Shown piece by piece: positions 37,680 through 48,599 of a stretch of DNA of 64,000 nt (positions are counted from its first letter, which is position 1; the number at the start of each line of letters is the position of its first letter). Source of the DNA: Asterias rubens (taxonomy: Eukaryota); NCBI RefSeq assembly GCF_902459465.1, contig NC_047076.1:7750001-7814000 (forward strand), given 5' to 3'. The notes under the pieces are model-generated. The model worked only from the letters and a program-made list of their open reading frames with translations, was not told where the DNA came from and searched no databases. Made by a program: the position numbers and the translations under genes.

Positions 37680-38050
37680 AGGAACACGTTGCCTTCGATC
37701 GAACGAGTTGGTCTATAAAAAGCATTTGTAACCGTTTGTTATAAAATGCATATGGTTGGAAAGATTATTTAAAAGTAGAATACAATGAATCACACAAGTT
37801 TGCCTCGAAATTGAGTGGTTTTTCTTTTACTTTGCGAACTAACACGGTCAGCCATTTATGGGAGTCAAAAACTTGACTCCCATTAATGGCAAACCGTGTC
37901 AGTCGACAAGGTAAGAGGAAAACCGTGCAATTTCGAGGCATGTTTGTGTGGATCATTGTATTCTACTTTTACAACATCTTTTTACCCATGTGCATTTTAC
38001 GGTTACAAACGCTTTTCAAAGACCAAGTCGACCGATCCAAGGCACTGATA
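37680..38050. mobile_element. Near-fully palindromic TTAA MITE (family D)
   Basis: TTAA|AGGAACACGTTGCCTTCGATCG...; centre GGGAGTCAAAACTTGACTCCC; arms pair over most of the length, right tip lost. Confidence 0.65.
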
Positions 38051-39254
38051 CTTTTATTTTTTTTTACTTCTTTGGTCATACTTGCATGCAGATAAAGTAT
38101 TTGTCACCAGTGTTCAATTTATAGGACCATGGTAACTAGAAAGGCTACGCATGAATTATGCTCAATTGGGAGAAAAAGTGTTAATGGGTAGGCATAGGGC
38201 AAATAATTGTGTGCAATGGCCTAAGGGTTGACATGAACTGTTGGTTCCTATGGAGAACAATGAAGTTACAATGTAGTTTACGATTGGTTGAGTTAGTCAT
38301 CTGTCTGAATGAGCTGAGAGGAAATTACTGAATCAAACAATGAGGGATTGATGGAAGGGGAAAAAGTATGGTGTTGGGAGAAAAAATAAGCTAGGAATTG
38401 TTTGGGGGATCAGAGGGAGCGTGTGAAGGGTCACGGCAGCAAGAGAGGGCGCTGTCTCATTGGATTAACCACTAAATTGGGCAAATGGAGAGGAAAATCC
38501 TGAGGACACCTTATATTGTAATGAAAAATGCAACACAACAAGAAGAGTAAATGTAGGTCAGGGTGCCATTTTTTCAGAAAACTGTTTTTAAATATAATGC
38601 TGTGTCTGAAATATGGCTGTGGCTGTTTCTGGCTTAGCTCAATTGTCAAGTGAGCATGTGTTGAAGCATGTGTTGAAGCATGTCAAGTGAGCATATGTTG
38701 ACAGTCCCTTAAGAAATAGCTGCAGTCATAGCTGCAGCCGCTATTTAATTCCTAAGAAAAATGTAAGGACTAAAAATGAAGAAAGACTTATTTAACACTT
38801 CAAACCTTAGTTTGGTAAAATTCAATTCATTAAAAAAATGTTAGAAGGTTGAGACCTCCATGTTTAAGTTTTACAGAAACAAAACCAGGTATAAAATGTA
38901 ATGCTTGTATGCTTTTGCATCGATGCTGTCCAAACGACATATCCTTTCATAAAAGTAGATTTGCATGAGTTCTGTATTTGCTCAGTAAAAAGAAGCACTA
39001 CAAATGAAACCATTTCAAGTGGGATAATCTTATCTAAACACTACACAGTAAAAGAAGCTAAATATTCCATCTTTCACACACAACCTGTTGCTACTAGTAT
39101 TAGTACTACAAGTAGGCGTACTACTTGGTGTTTGTGGACACTACAGGGGAATCACCCCAACCAGGCACCTCCAATAGTAGGTCAACAACAGCTACCACCA
39201 CAACCACTTTGTTGGTAAAAACCACAAACACTACCCTCCTAATCTAACAAACCA

Positions 39255-39345
39255 CAGGAATGTGGAAGCTCTACAACAAGGGCAATCTACAATTACTGCA
39301 TGCGCTGCCAGGTTTGGCTCTGTGGTTGGAGTAAATGTATTGGAA
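39255..39345 (+). pseudogene. Relic of a Cys-rich zinc-binding domain resembling the piggyBac transposase C-terminus
   Basis: Frame reads QECGSSTTRAIYNYCMRCQVWLCGWSKC (C-x2-C-x3-LC-x4-C); in-frame stop just upstream. Confidence 0.3.
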
Positions 39346-40140
39346 AACGAAAGTTCATTGATCAGAATGCCTGTGAAGTGGTGATTTATGAACTACTTTT
39401 TTTTGTCAACTTGGCATGGTAGGCTGGGATCTGTAATAGTGGGCTGTCGTCCAACTAGAACCTGGGACCTGAAAATCTTCAGAGTCTAGGAGACGCTAAA
39501 CAGGCCAAAGCTGTGATTGTCATCATCCCTGTGTAGCATAGGGGAGAATTCTATTTTGGAGTATCATTGCAACAATTGATTGGAAAAAAGCCAGCGGACC
39601 TATTGTTAGTGTGCACTATATAAGTTCAAACGGAATTACCTTACAAAGAAGAATAATAATTTACGACTCTGACCCTAGCTTCATAGCTTTCCCTGACCTC
39701 CAAACCTATGTAATAGATTTAACTGTCGATCCACACCTCTTTCCATACAACAATCTGCATCCCTTCAATTTGGTAAAGGACAACCCTATGAGGAAAATGT
39801 TAATTTCTACTGGCGCATTTTAAGGGCACCAACGCAATGACCAGAGGCATGGAGGCTATGAAGTAAAAGGCCTGTGGGGGGGGGGGGGTGGAGAACCATA
39901 CAATAAGCTCTTCTACCCTCTCTGAAACCCTCATTTCGCCCCTCCCCCCCCCCCATTCAACAACAGCATAAGTATCCCTTTACACCACTGTCCTACCATA
40001 CCCACTCCTAAACTCCCCTCTTGAACCACTTAAATTGTTGAAAAATATGTTACATCATGAGCTCCACTGCACAACCCCATTTTCTTTTCCCAACCCCATG
40101 ATCTGTGAAATACTGGATCATGTGCATACAGCACAGTTAA

Positions 40141-40517
40141 AGGCAGTGGACACTATTGGTAATTGTCAAAGACCAGCCTTCACAGTTGGTGTATCTCAAC
40201 ATATGCATAAAATAACAAACCTGTGAAAATTTGAGCTCAATCGGTCATCGAAGTTGCGAGATAATAATGAACGAAAAATAACCCTTGTCACACGAAGTTG
40301 TGTGCGTTTAGATGGTTGATTTCCAGACCTCAAGTTCTAAATCTGAGGTCCCGAAATCAAATTCGTGGAAAATTACTTCTTTCTCGAAAACTATGGCACT
40401 TCAGAGGGAGCCGCTTCTCACAAAGTTTTATACCATCAACCTCTCCCATTACTCGTCACCAAGAAAGGTTTTATGCCAATAATTATTTTGAGTAATTACC
40501 AATAGTGTCCACTGCCT
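40141..40517. mobile_element. MITE family A
   Basis: Perfect TIRs AGGCAGTGGACACTATTGGTAATT, TTAA on both sides. Confidence 0.92.
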
Positions 40518-42896
40518 TTAACATATAATGCAGGACTTTTAAAAGGCTCTGAGCATTTGGTAAATGAACTTCAGATCTGCTTTCAATTTGATTCATTAGA
40601 GGATAACCACAAAGGGGAAACAACCAATCTGGGCTCTTTTTCTTATCGGAAACGGATCGACTCGGGTTAGGGATTTAACTCCATAGAAACAGTCCATCCA
40701 TGGATTGTCGTATTCCTCGCCATGACTTTCTTCACCATCCTTCCTCTACGCTTCATGACTTGCTAAAAACTAAAAGCACTTGAGATCTGTCATCAAAGGG
40801 CTAGATCGGCAAGGCAGAGAAACTGCTTAGGCATATCGCGTAAGTTTGTGGTTAGCTTCCAGTCGGAATTTAGAAATTTTCGTTTTTATTTGATATGAAG
40901 TGGGGATAAAACTACTGTCAAACTTTGCTGGAGTGATTGGAATTCCCGCATATGTGCTTATTACCACACATCCTTGTCAGATGATTATAGTGACAGTTTT
41001 TTAGAGTGCTAAAACAAAGTGTATGGTGTTTACTAAGTGACTTTCTTTGACATGTCATCTCTAAACAACTTCCAGTTGTTCATCAGCTAATATCATCACC
41101 TTTATTAAAAATGTATAAATTAAAGAACTGGAGGGAAAAAAAAGGATTACAATAATTTGCAGCTAAAACTAATCACCAAAAAAGTTCATAGTACCAAAAT
41201 GGACCTATTTTCTAAAAAGAAACTTGCCTTGCCCATGCGCTCAATAAAACTGTGCATTATTTAAAGCAGTGACATTGTCTTTTGATCTGGACCCCTTGCA
41301 CTGGGGGAGAACTGTTTGCGAATGGTGTGCAAGTTTTGGAGTCTAGTTGATACATGTAACATGGGTTATCTGTGTGCCATGTATCCTATTTTTGCAAACC
41401 AATTATTTGTTACCTCACTAAAGGAGTTAAGAAGTCCATTATGCCCTGGTCTTGGCTTTGATTCCCGTTGTAACGTCCCATTTCAAAACCTTAAGACATT
41501 CTGAATAGAACTTCTTAAAGAACTTTCACTTCACTTGTACAAATGAGGTAATTTATTCAGTATAGATCTCCAAGCACAGTCATAACACAAACAATTACAA
41601 GTCAAAATGCAAGGCTTGCATTTTATACATTCCACTTTGCAGGGATCACCTTTCAACTCCAAGATAATGGCTGTCCCACATACCAGATACCATCCAGTGA
41701 AATGCTGATAAGGTACTAAAACGCATGACCACACACACTCAACAACACTCCAAGGCTAGGCCCAAAACACATCCAGTAATTATAAACCTTAGATTGGGTT
41801 TTTTATTCAGCCAGTCAAAAGCCAGTCAATTTCAAAGTTATCCTTGATGAATATTCTTATTTTACTTGTCACACCTTTGAAGTCAAACTCAAAGTTTTAT
41901 GTTCTAAACTACTTATTACTTGTCACTTTTCGAAGACGGATTTATAGGACAGGTCAAAGGTCACTGGATATGGAAGACTATTATGAGTACCCATCTCAGA
42001 CTGACCCATCTTAAATTAATACACCACACAAACAAACTAGTCAAAACTTGGATAGAGCAACAAAAAATTTTCAAGATGTTTCCTTCGCGCTTTCTGCATA
42101 GTGTGTGCCTATTTTGATTGCAGTAATCAAAATAGAAAGTGGTTATTTAGAAGGTCATCTGAACCTACACTACTTTCTTGCCTTTTTGCTAGTATTTTAA
42201 ATGAAAGTAAGTTTATTTCATTAGCAGTATGGGATAATCACTTCTTAATAAACTTCAAAGTTTCCTTTTTGTTTTAAACGTAAAAATGTAAAGCTTGTGA
42301 ATACAAACAAAATTGCCAAGCACATATTAACCTTGCTTAGAAGCAAATTTTACATTGCAATGCCTGGTGCCCCACTCATTTCTGGCTAAGCCAAAATATT
42401 TTCTAAGCACGATTTTTCTGCTATGTAAAACAACTATGTGAACTAGTCTCCCTAGCACTTTTTTTAGGAAAATTATTTTCCCCTTTCAAATCAGTAAGTA
42501 GTTGGAAAATTTTGACCAAACACATTTTTTACATACTCAAGTTGGCACATTAATGGAGGCAAAGAAGCAAGAGGTATGGCAGTATAGGCCCATTATGTTA
42601 TTTTTGTAAGACCCTAGCCTTAGGGGAACATTTTGACTAGGTCTAATCATAGAGCAAATGCTGACTGCATTGAAATACCCACCTCAGTCTGACACCATGC
42701 TCAAACATTTTGTTGACACGTAATACTGTTGTTATACATGACTGAAATATAAGCCCAGGCAGTCAGTCCTTCACTTTTATTAACTGAGCAAGATTTAGAC
42801 AAAATCTACTGCTTAGCATTTTGAGTGTCTGTTCTGCAGAAGTTTCCAAGTCCCAGCCAAGCTGTTGGACACTGGACTTATAAGCTCTGGTATTTA

Positions 42897-43430
42897 AGTA
42901 GGGTGTGGGTTCAAGATCTGGTCTTGGCACACAAGTTTGTGTCCTTAAAGACACTTGACACTATAGGTAATTGTCAAAGACCAGTCTTCAAAGTTGGTGT
43001 ATCTCAACATATGCATAAAATAACAAACCGGTGAAAATTTGAGCTTGATTGGTCATCGGAGTTGCGAGATAACTATGAAAGAAAACACATCCTTGTCACA
43101 CGAAGTTGTGCGCTTTCAGATGTTTGATTTAGGGACCTCAAATTCTAAATCTGAGGTCTCGAAATCAAATTCGATGAAAATAACTTCTTTCTCGAAAACT
43201 ACGTCACTTCAGAGGGAGCAGTTTTTCACAATGTTTTATACTATCAACCTCTCCCCATTACTTGTAACCAAGTAATTACCAATAGTGTCCACTGCTTGTA
43301 ACATTACACTCAAACATTATTGTTTCATCCTTTGGATGGGGTGTAAAGATGTAGGACCCATGTGTTGAATAAAAACTATTAATGTTTGTAACAGAACCCT
43401 AACCTATGCAAAGAGAAGGAGGTTGCCCCA
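42897..43430 (+). mobile_element. Degenerate tRNA SINE split by a family A MITE
   Basis: GTGTGGGTTCAAGATC...TTTGTGTCC|TTAA, then the MITE, then CATTATTGTTTCATCCTTTGGATGGGGTGTAAAG...GCAAAGAGAAGGAGGTTGCCCCAGTG. Confidence 0.55.
42949..43296. mobile_element. MITE family A (nested in SINE)
   Basis: TTAA|AGACACTTGACACTATAGG ... CCAATAGTGTCCACTGCT. Confidence 0.85.
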
Positions 43431-45569
43431 GTGTTTTTATGCATCCAATGAGTTTATACCTTATCTACATGATGAACAGGCTTTGATGAGAGTTGTCAAA
43501 GCTGCAGATGTACACAAGTGCACCCTCCTCCTCCCCTCCCCCTCCCCCTGTAAGCATCAAGCAGAAGCCACCTGTCCTTCTCATCGTCTCCCAGTGGTGA
43601 ATCATTTGTGAAAGGACCAGCAAAAAAAGGTTTTTAACCTTAAATGCTACAGCAACTCCCTTTTGTCTTCACGCAAACAGGTGGATTTTAATTAGGTCCC
43701 ATGTCTTAAAAAAAAAAAAGTAAAACGTTAAGGGGATTTTTAGGTTTGTTTTCGTGTGACTTTGATCACGGCTTACGCTTTTAAATTTTCACAGGTTTAG
43801 GCCCCATTATTCCTTAGGCCTATATATTGGGTTTGAAAAGTGCGGATTTGACAAATACAAAGGACAATCAAACCCCCCAAAACAGTTTGTTTTAAAATAA
43901 TTTAATGATTTAAATACAACTGGTGTATTTTCACTTTAACATCAGCCAGCTGAAGTTATCCTAACTTCAACAAGAGCCCACTGGGTGTTCAGCCTTGCTC
44001 CTAGCACCAGCCGGATGCTCCCCTTAACAACGTCCTTCCTCTGTTTCCCAATGTCTTAGGGGACTGATGCTGAGAGACAGCCGTGAACTTAAAGAAAATC
44101 ATTCCAGATTTCAAGAAGAGGAGAGCAGGAAAACAAGAGTTTTAATTTCTGTACTCAATTCAAAGAGGAACCGTAACTGAGATTTGGAGACTGATTTTAC
44201 CGAGACACTTAAACTTAAAAATCTGCCTGGGAAGTAATCTAGAGGATCTTCATCCACGGAGGATTCAAGTTTGCTGGAAAAAGTACAAGACGAGCGAAAG
44301 TCCGTTTTCTTTAAGCTTTTTTAAAGCAACAAGTCCCGTATGTGTATCTCACTTGAACATGAATTAGGGTATCAACCCACAAATGTATTCAAAAAATTGC
44401 AAACAATCTGGAAATGAATTATGCAAACGTTAGACCCATCAACTTGGTTTGATTTTCACTGAAAATCACAAGCAATGATTGCATCATAAAGTTGTATTTT
44501 TGATACACTTGTGAGTTGTATCAATCCTAATCAATACTGCTAATACATCAACCAAAGTAAAACAAAGTTAGTTTGTATGCAATTAGGCCAACTGGCCAAT
44601 CCATTGATTCTGTTCAAACAAAATTACACTTGGAAAAGACAACCTAGTAATGTGTATAAACCGAAATAACTTACATGGTGTATAGCTTTGAAATGTCTTT
44701 CACATAAAGATAGGACAAACATTACAAACAGTTGCACAACATAATATTTTTTTTTCAAATAAGTTACCTTTTAAGAGATCAATTTCTGTTATAAATGGTT
44801 CGCTTCATTTCTAATTTAAATGAAAAAGGGAACTTATTCAAAACTTTTCAATACTTTTTCAGTGAAAAGAAAGGGAATTAACAGTATACAATACACTGTA
44901 ATAGCCCTAATCAAAAGGTCCCAACATTTAATTACATTTGATACTTTAAGTATATCATGTTAACTCCAATTCATAAATATTTCATTCTAATGATGACATC
45001 AAGACATTCCGAACAGACCAAACCACAAAGTTAAGCTCACTAATTCTCCGGAAACACCAGTTAAAACAGTATGCCGGGTACCGAGCATCCCACATGGCAT
45101 TATCATAAACCGTAAATGTGCACATGTTCGCTAGCTTACTCATTTCGAAGACGGTTCAATAAAGTGAAATACACCTGTAACTCATTTAATGTTTCAGCCA
45201 GGACATAGTGGGTTGGGAGTTTTTCCGGCGAAAAGTCTACAGGTGCAAAGCACAGCCTTGCGAGAATGGTATGACAATTTCAAGGCATTGCCCACACAGT
45301 AACAAAACTCATGTTAAATTTATTATACTTGGCAGTTTTCAAAGAACATTCAAATGTTACAAACTTTAACTTGCAAGTGGCGATTTCTCCTAAAGATATG
45401 TTTTAGCAGGAACATTTTATCAAGTTCAAGGGATGACCTACTATGGTGTAGGCTTTAATAGACTTTTCAGGCTATCTAATCACAATTTATTTGATTTTCC
45501 AAGGGCAAACAAATCGGAAATCAGACTAATGAGAAAATTTATAATGAGAAAACTGTCTTGGTTTATATG

Positions 45570-46990
45570 GTTTTACATCACCCCTATGGTTTCTGTTAAC
45601 AATGTTCTTTCAGATAGATATTTTAAACATAAGTTATAGTGAGAAAAATTTCATGGGTTCATGGTTTTACCATCACCTGTGGTTTCAGTTTAAAGTGTCC
45701 TTTCAGATAGATATTTGAACATTCTATCAATTTTAAACTTGAAAGAATTTTAGTGTTATTGAAGTTATAATGAGAATAATTTCATGGTTACATGGTTTTA
45801 CTATCACCTATGGTTTCAGTTTACAGTGTCCTTTCAGATAGATATTTGAAACAAATTCTACCAATTTTAATATGAAAGAATCGCTAGTGTTTTTGAAGTT
45901 ATAATAAGAAAACTTGCATGGGTTATATGGTTTTTACCATCACCTATGGTTTCAGTTTACAGTGTCCTTTCAGATAGATATTTGAAACAAATTCTACCAA
46001 TTTTAATATGAAAGAATCGCTAGTGTTTTTGAAGTTATAATAAGAAAACTTGCATGGGTTATATGGTTTTTACCATCACCTATGGTTTCAGTTTACAGTG
46101 TCCTTTCAGATAGATATTTGAAACAAATTCTACCAATTTTAATATGAAAGAATCGCTAGTGTTTTTGAAGTTATAATAAGAAAACTTGCATGGGTTATAT
46201 GGTTTTTACCATCACCTATGGTTTCAGTTTACAGTGTCCTTTCAGATAGATATTTGAAACAAATTCTACCAATTTTAATATGAAAGAATCGCTAGTGTTT
46301 TTGAAGTTATAATAAGAAAACTTGCATGGGTTATATGGTTTTTACCATCACCTATGGTTTCAGTTTACAGTGTCCTTTCAGATAGATATTTGAAACAAAT
46401 TCTACCAATTTTAATATGAAAGAATCGCTAGTGTTTTTGAAGTTATAATAAGAAAACTTGCATGGGTTATATGGTTTTACCATCACCTATGGTTTCAGTT
46501 TTAAGTGTTCTTTAAGATAGATATTTGAAACATATTCTACCAATTTTAATATGAAAGAATCGCTAGTGTTTTTGAAGTTATAATAAGAAAACTTGCATGG
46601 GGTATATGGTTTTTACCATCACCTATGGTTACAGTTTTAAGTGTTCTTTCAGATAGATATTTGAAACAAATTCTATCAATTTTAAAGTTGAAAGAATTTT
46701 AGCGTTATTAAAGTTATAATAACAAAACTTGCATGGGTTATATGGTTTTACCATCACCTGTTGTTTCAGTTTTAAGTGTTCTTTCAGATAGATATTTGAA
46801 ACAAATTCTATCAATTAAAAAAGTTGAAAGAATTGCTAGTGTATTGAAGTAATAATAAGAAAACTTGCATGGGTTATATGGTTTTACCATCACCTTTTGT
46901 TTCAGTTTACAGTGTTATTTCAGATGAAATGTTTAACATATTCTATCAACTTTAAAAGTGAAAAGAATTTATATTGCTATTGAAGTTAAC
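45570..46990. repeat. 136-bp satellite, ~11 copies
   Basis: ATAATAAGAA anchor recurs at 45901, 46037, 46173 (136-bp period); central units near identical, edge units diverged. Confidence 0.97.
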
Positions 46991-47439
46991 ATTGTGGTCA
47001 TATGGGTGGAGAACTTTAAATTACACTCCAAGTACAACAAACAGGTCAATTGTTAGTTTACTATTATTTGTAGTCTGCACGCATAAGTGGGCAAATAAAA
47101 CAACCTTGATTCAACGTTCTGATTAAAAAGAAAATCACACTCTGAAACGCCTACAGCGGGGTACATGGAGGTATGTGTCACAACTACCTTCACTTGTTTC
47201 ACAATCTCTCCCCGAGATGTAGAGAAGAGCGGAAATGACCGTGAAACCTCACAATTAATTCAAGACAGATGAGGGCATTAGTCTACCCCCTTCAAGACAA
47301 ACTTGGATAAGTGACATTGAGTTGGGAAAGGAAAGAAATTTGTATTTAGCGCTGATATCATATGTGTTGTAAAACAGTTTGGTAAATTTTTATTATCGAC
47401 CATGTTAGCTGGTCCCTCGGGGGTAATCATATTTTCTTT

Positions 47440-47960
47440 AGACCCAAAAGGGTGGCTGACATGGACAATAGACCTAAATGTAAAGGAGCTACAACAGCCC
47501 CAAAGTGGAGCTGCCGTGCATGCCTACATTCATGTGAAGTTGATTCATGTACATGTTCACTAGCACCAAAATGTGGATACCACAGCCTCAAAATGGAGCA
47601 ACCATGTATGCCTAATTCATGCACACTAGCCCCAAAAGGTGAATACCTCAGCCCCCAAATGGAGATCCGATCTATGCCTACATTCATGTTCACTAAGCCT
47701 CAATACTCAAAAATTTGGTGGATACACAGCCCCAAAATAGAGCTATTTTACCATGCCTGCCTGTAGATTCATGTACACAAGCCCCAAAAGATGGATACCA
47801 CAGGCCGAAAATGGAGCTACATGTACCGTGTATGTCTACATTCAATTACATATACAGCAAACAAGGTGGCAGCCCCAAAATGGAGATACCAAGTCAAACA
47901 TGCACATGTTAATAGCCCAAAAGGTGAATACGTAGTGCCAAATGGAACTACCATGTATGT
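47440..47960. repeat. Old degenerate tandem repeat built on AGCCCCAAAATGGA
   Basis: About ten copies of the motif at alternating short and long spacing, with CATGCCTAC/ATTCATG sub-motifs. Confidence 0.75.
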
Positions 47961-48344
47961 CTTCCTTTATTTATACAGTGTATAAAACATCATTTCCTAA
48001 AGAGGGATAATAAAGCCCCAAAAGGACAACCTACATGCCATGATACATCCATCCCAAAAGGGGGATTATAGGCCAAACGAGAACTACAGTCACAGAGCAC
48101 AAAATTAGCTCAGCACAAACAAAATTGGATTACAAGCCAATTAGCCAAAATGCTTTTTATTGTATCCCTGTTGGAGAATTATTTTCCAGAAATGTTTTTA
48201 TTAATTAAGCAATTCTGTATCTGCTGGAGCAGCTCATATGAAACTTGGCATTAGTCTGCAGCTTGATTTTCAAGTGGTGTTTTAAAAGACGTCAACCTAC
48301 TTTTAAGAAAGGGTTGCAAAACAAAAGGACGGTTCCTGACTAAC

Positions 48345-48599
48345 CTTTCTGTCCTCACTCCCTGGACTCGTCACACTGTTTCCCCTGTCACTGTCATAAG
48401 CACCATCACCAATTGCCGGACTTGTCAAACTGTCACCATTGTGACCGACCTGCCCAACCTCTTCCCCTTCTAGAACTCCGCTCGGCTGCTGAGGAACAGG
48501 CACAACCGGAGAGCATACCAGACCCTCATGGGTTGTTGGAGGGGTGTCTGAGCTCGGGGGTAAAGGCTGTTGGTGATGCCCTTGTGGAAGATTGCTCAT
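48345..48599 (-). CDS. First coding exon of the large minus-strand gene (85 aa: MSNLPQGHHQQPLPP...GAYDSDRGNSVTSPGSEDRK); 5' UTR part 48600-48701
   Basis: Acceptor ttttctttgcag|C at 48701, in-frame TAA upstream of the ATG, ATG context ATCAAGATG, donor AAG|GTTAGT phase 0, GC-rich island. Confidence 0.75.
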
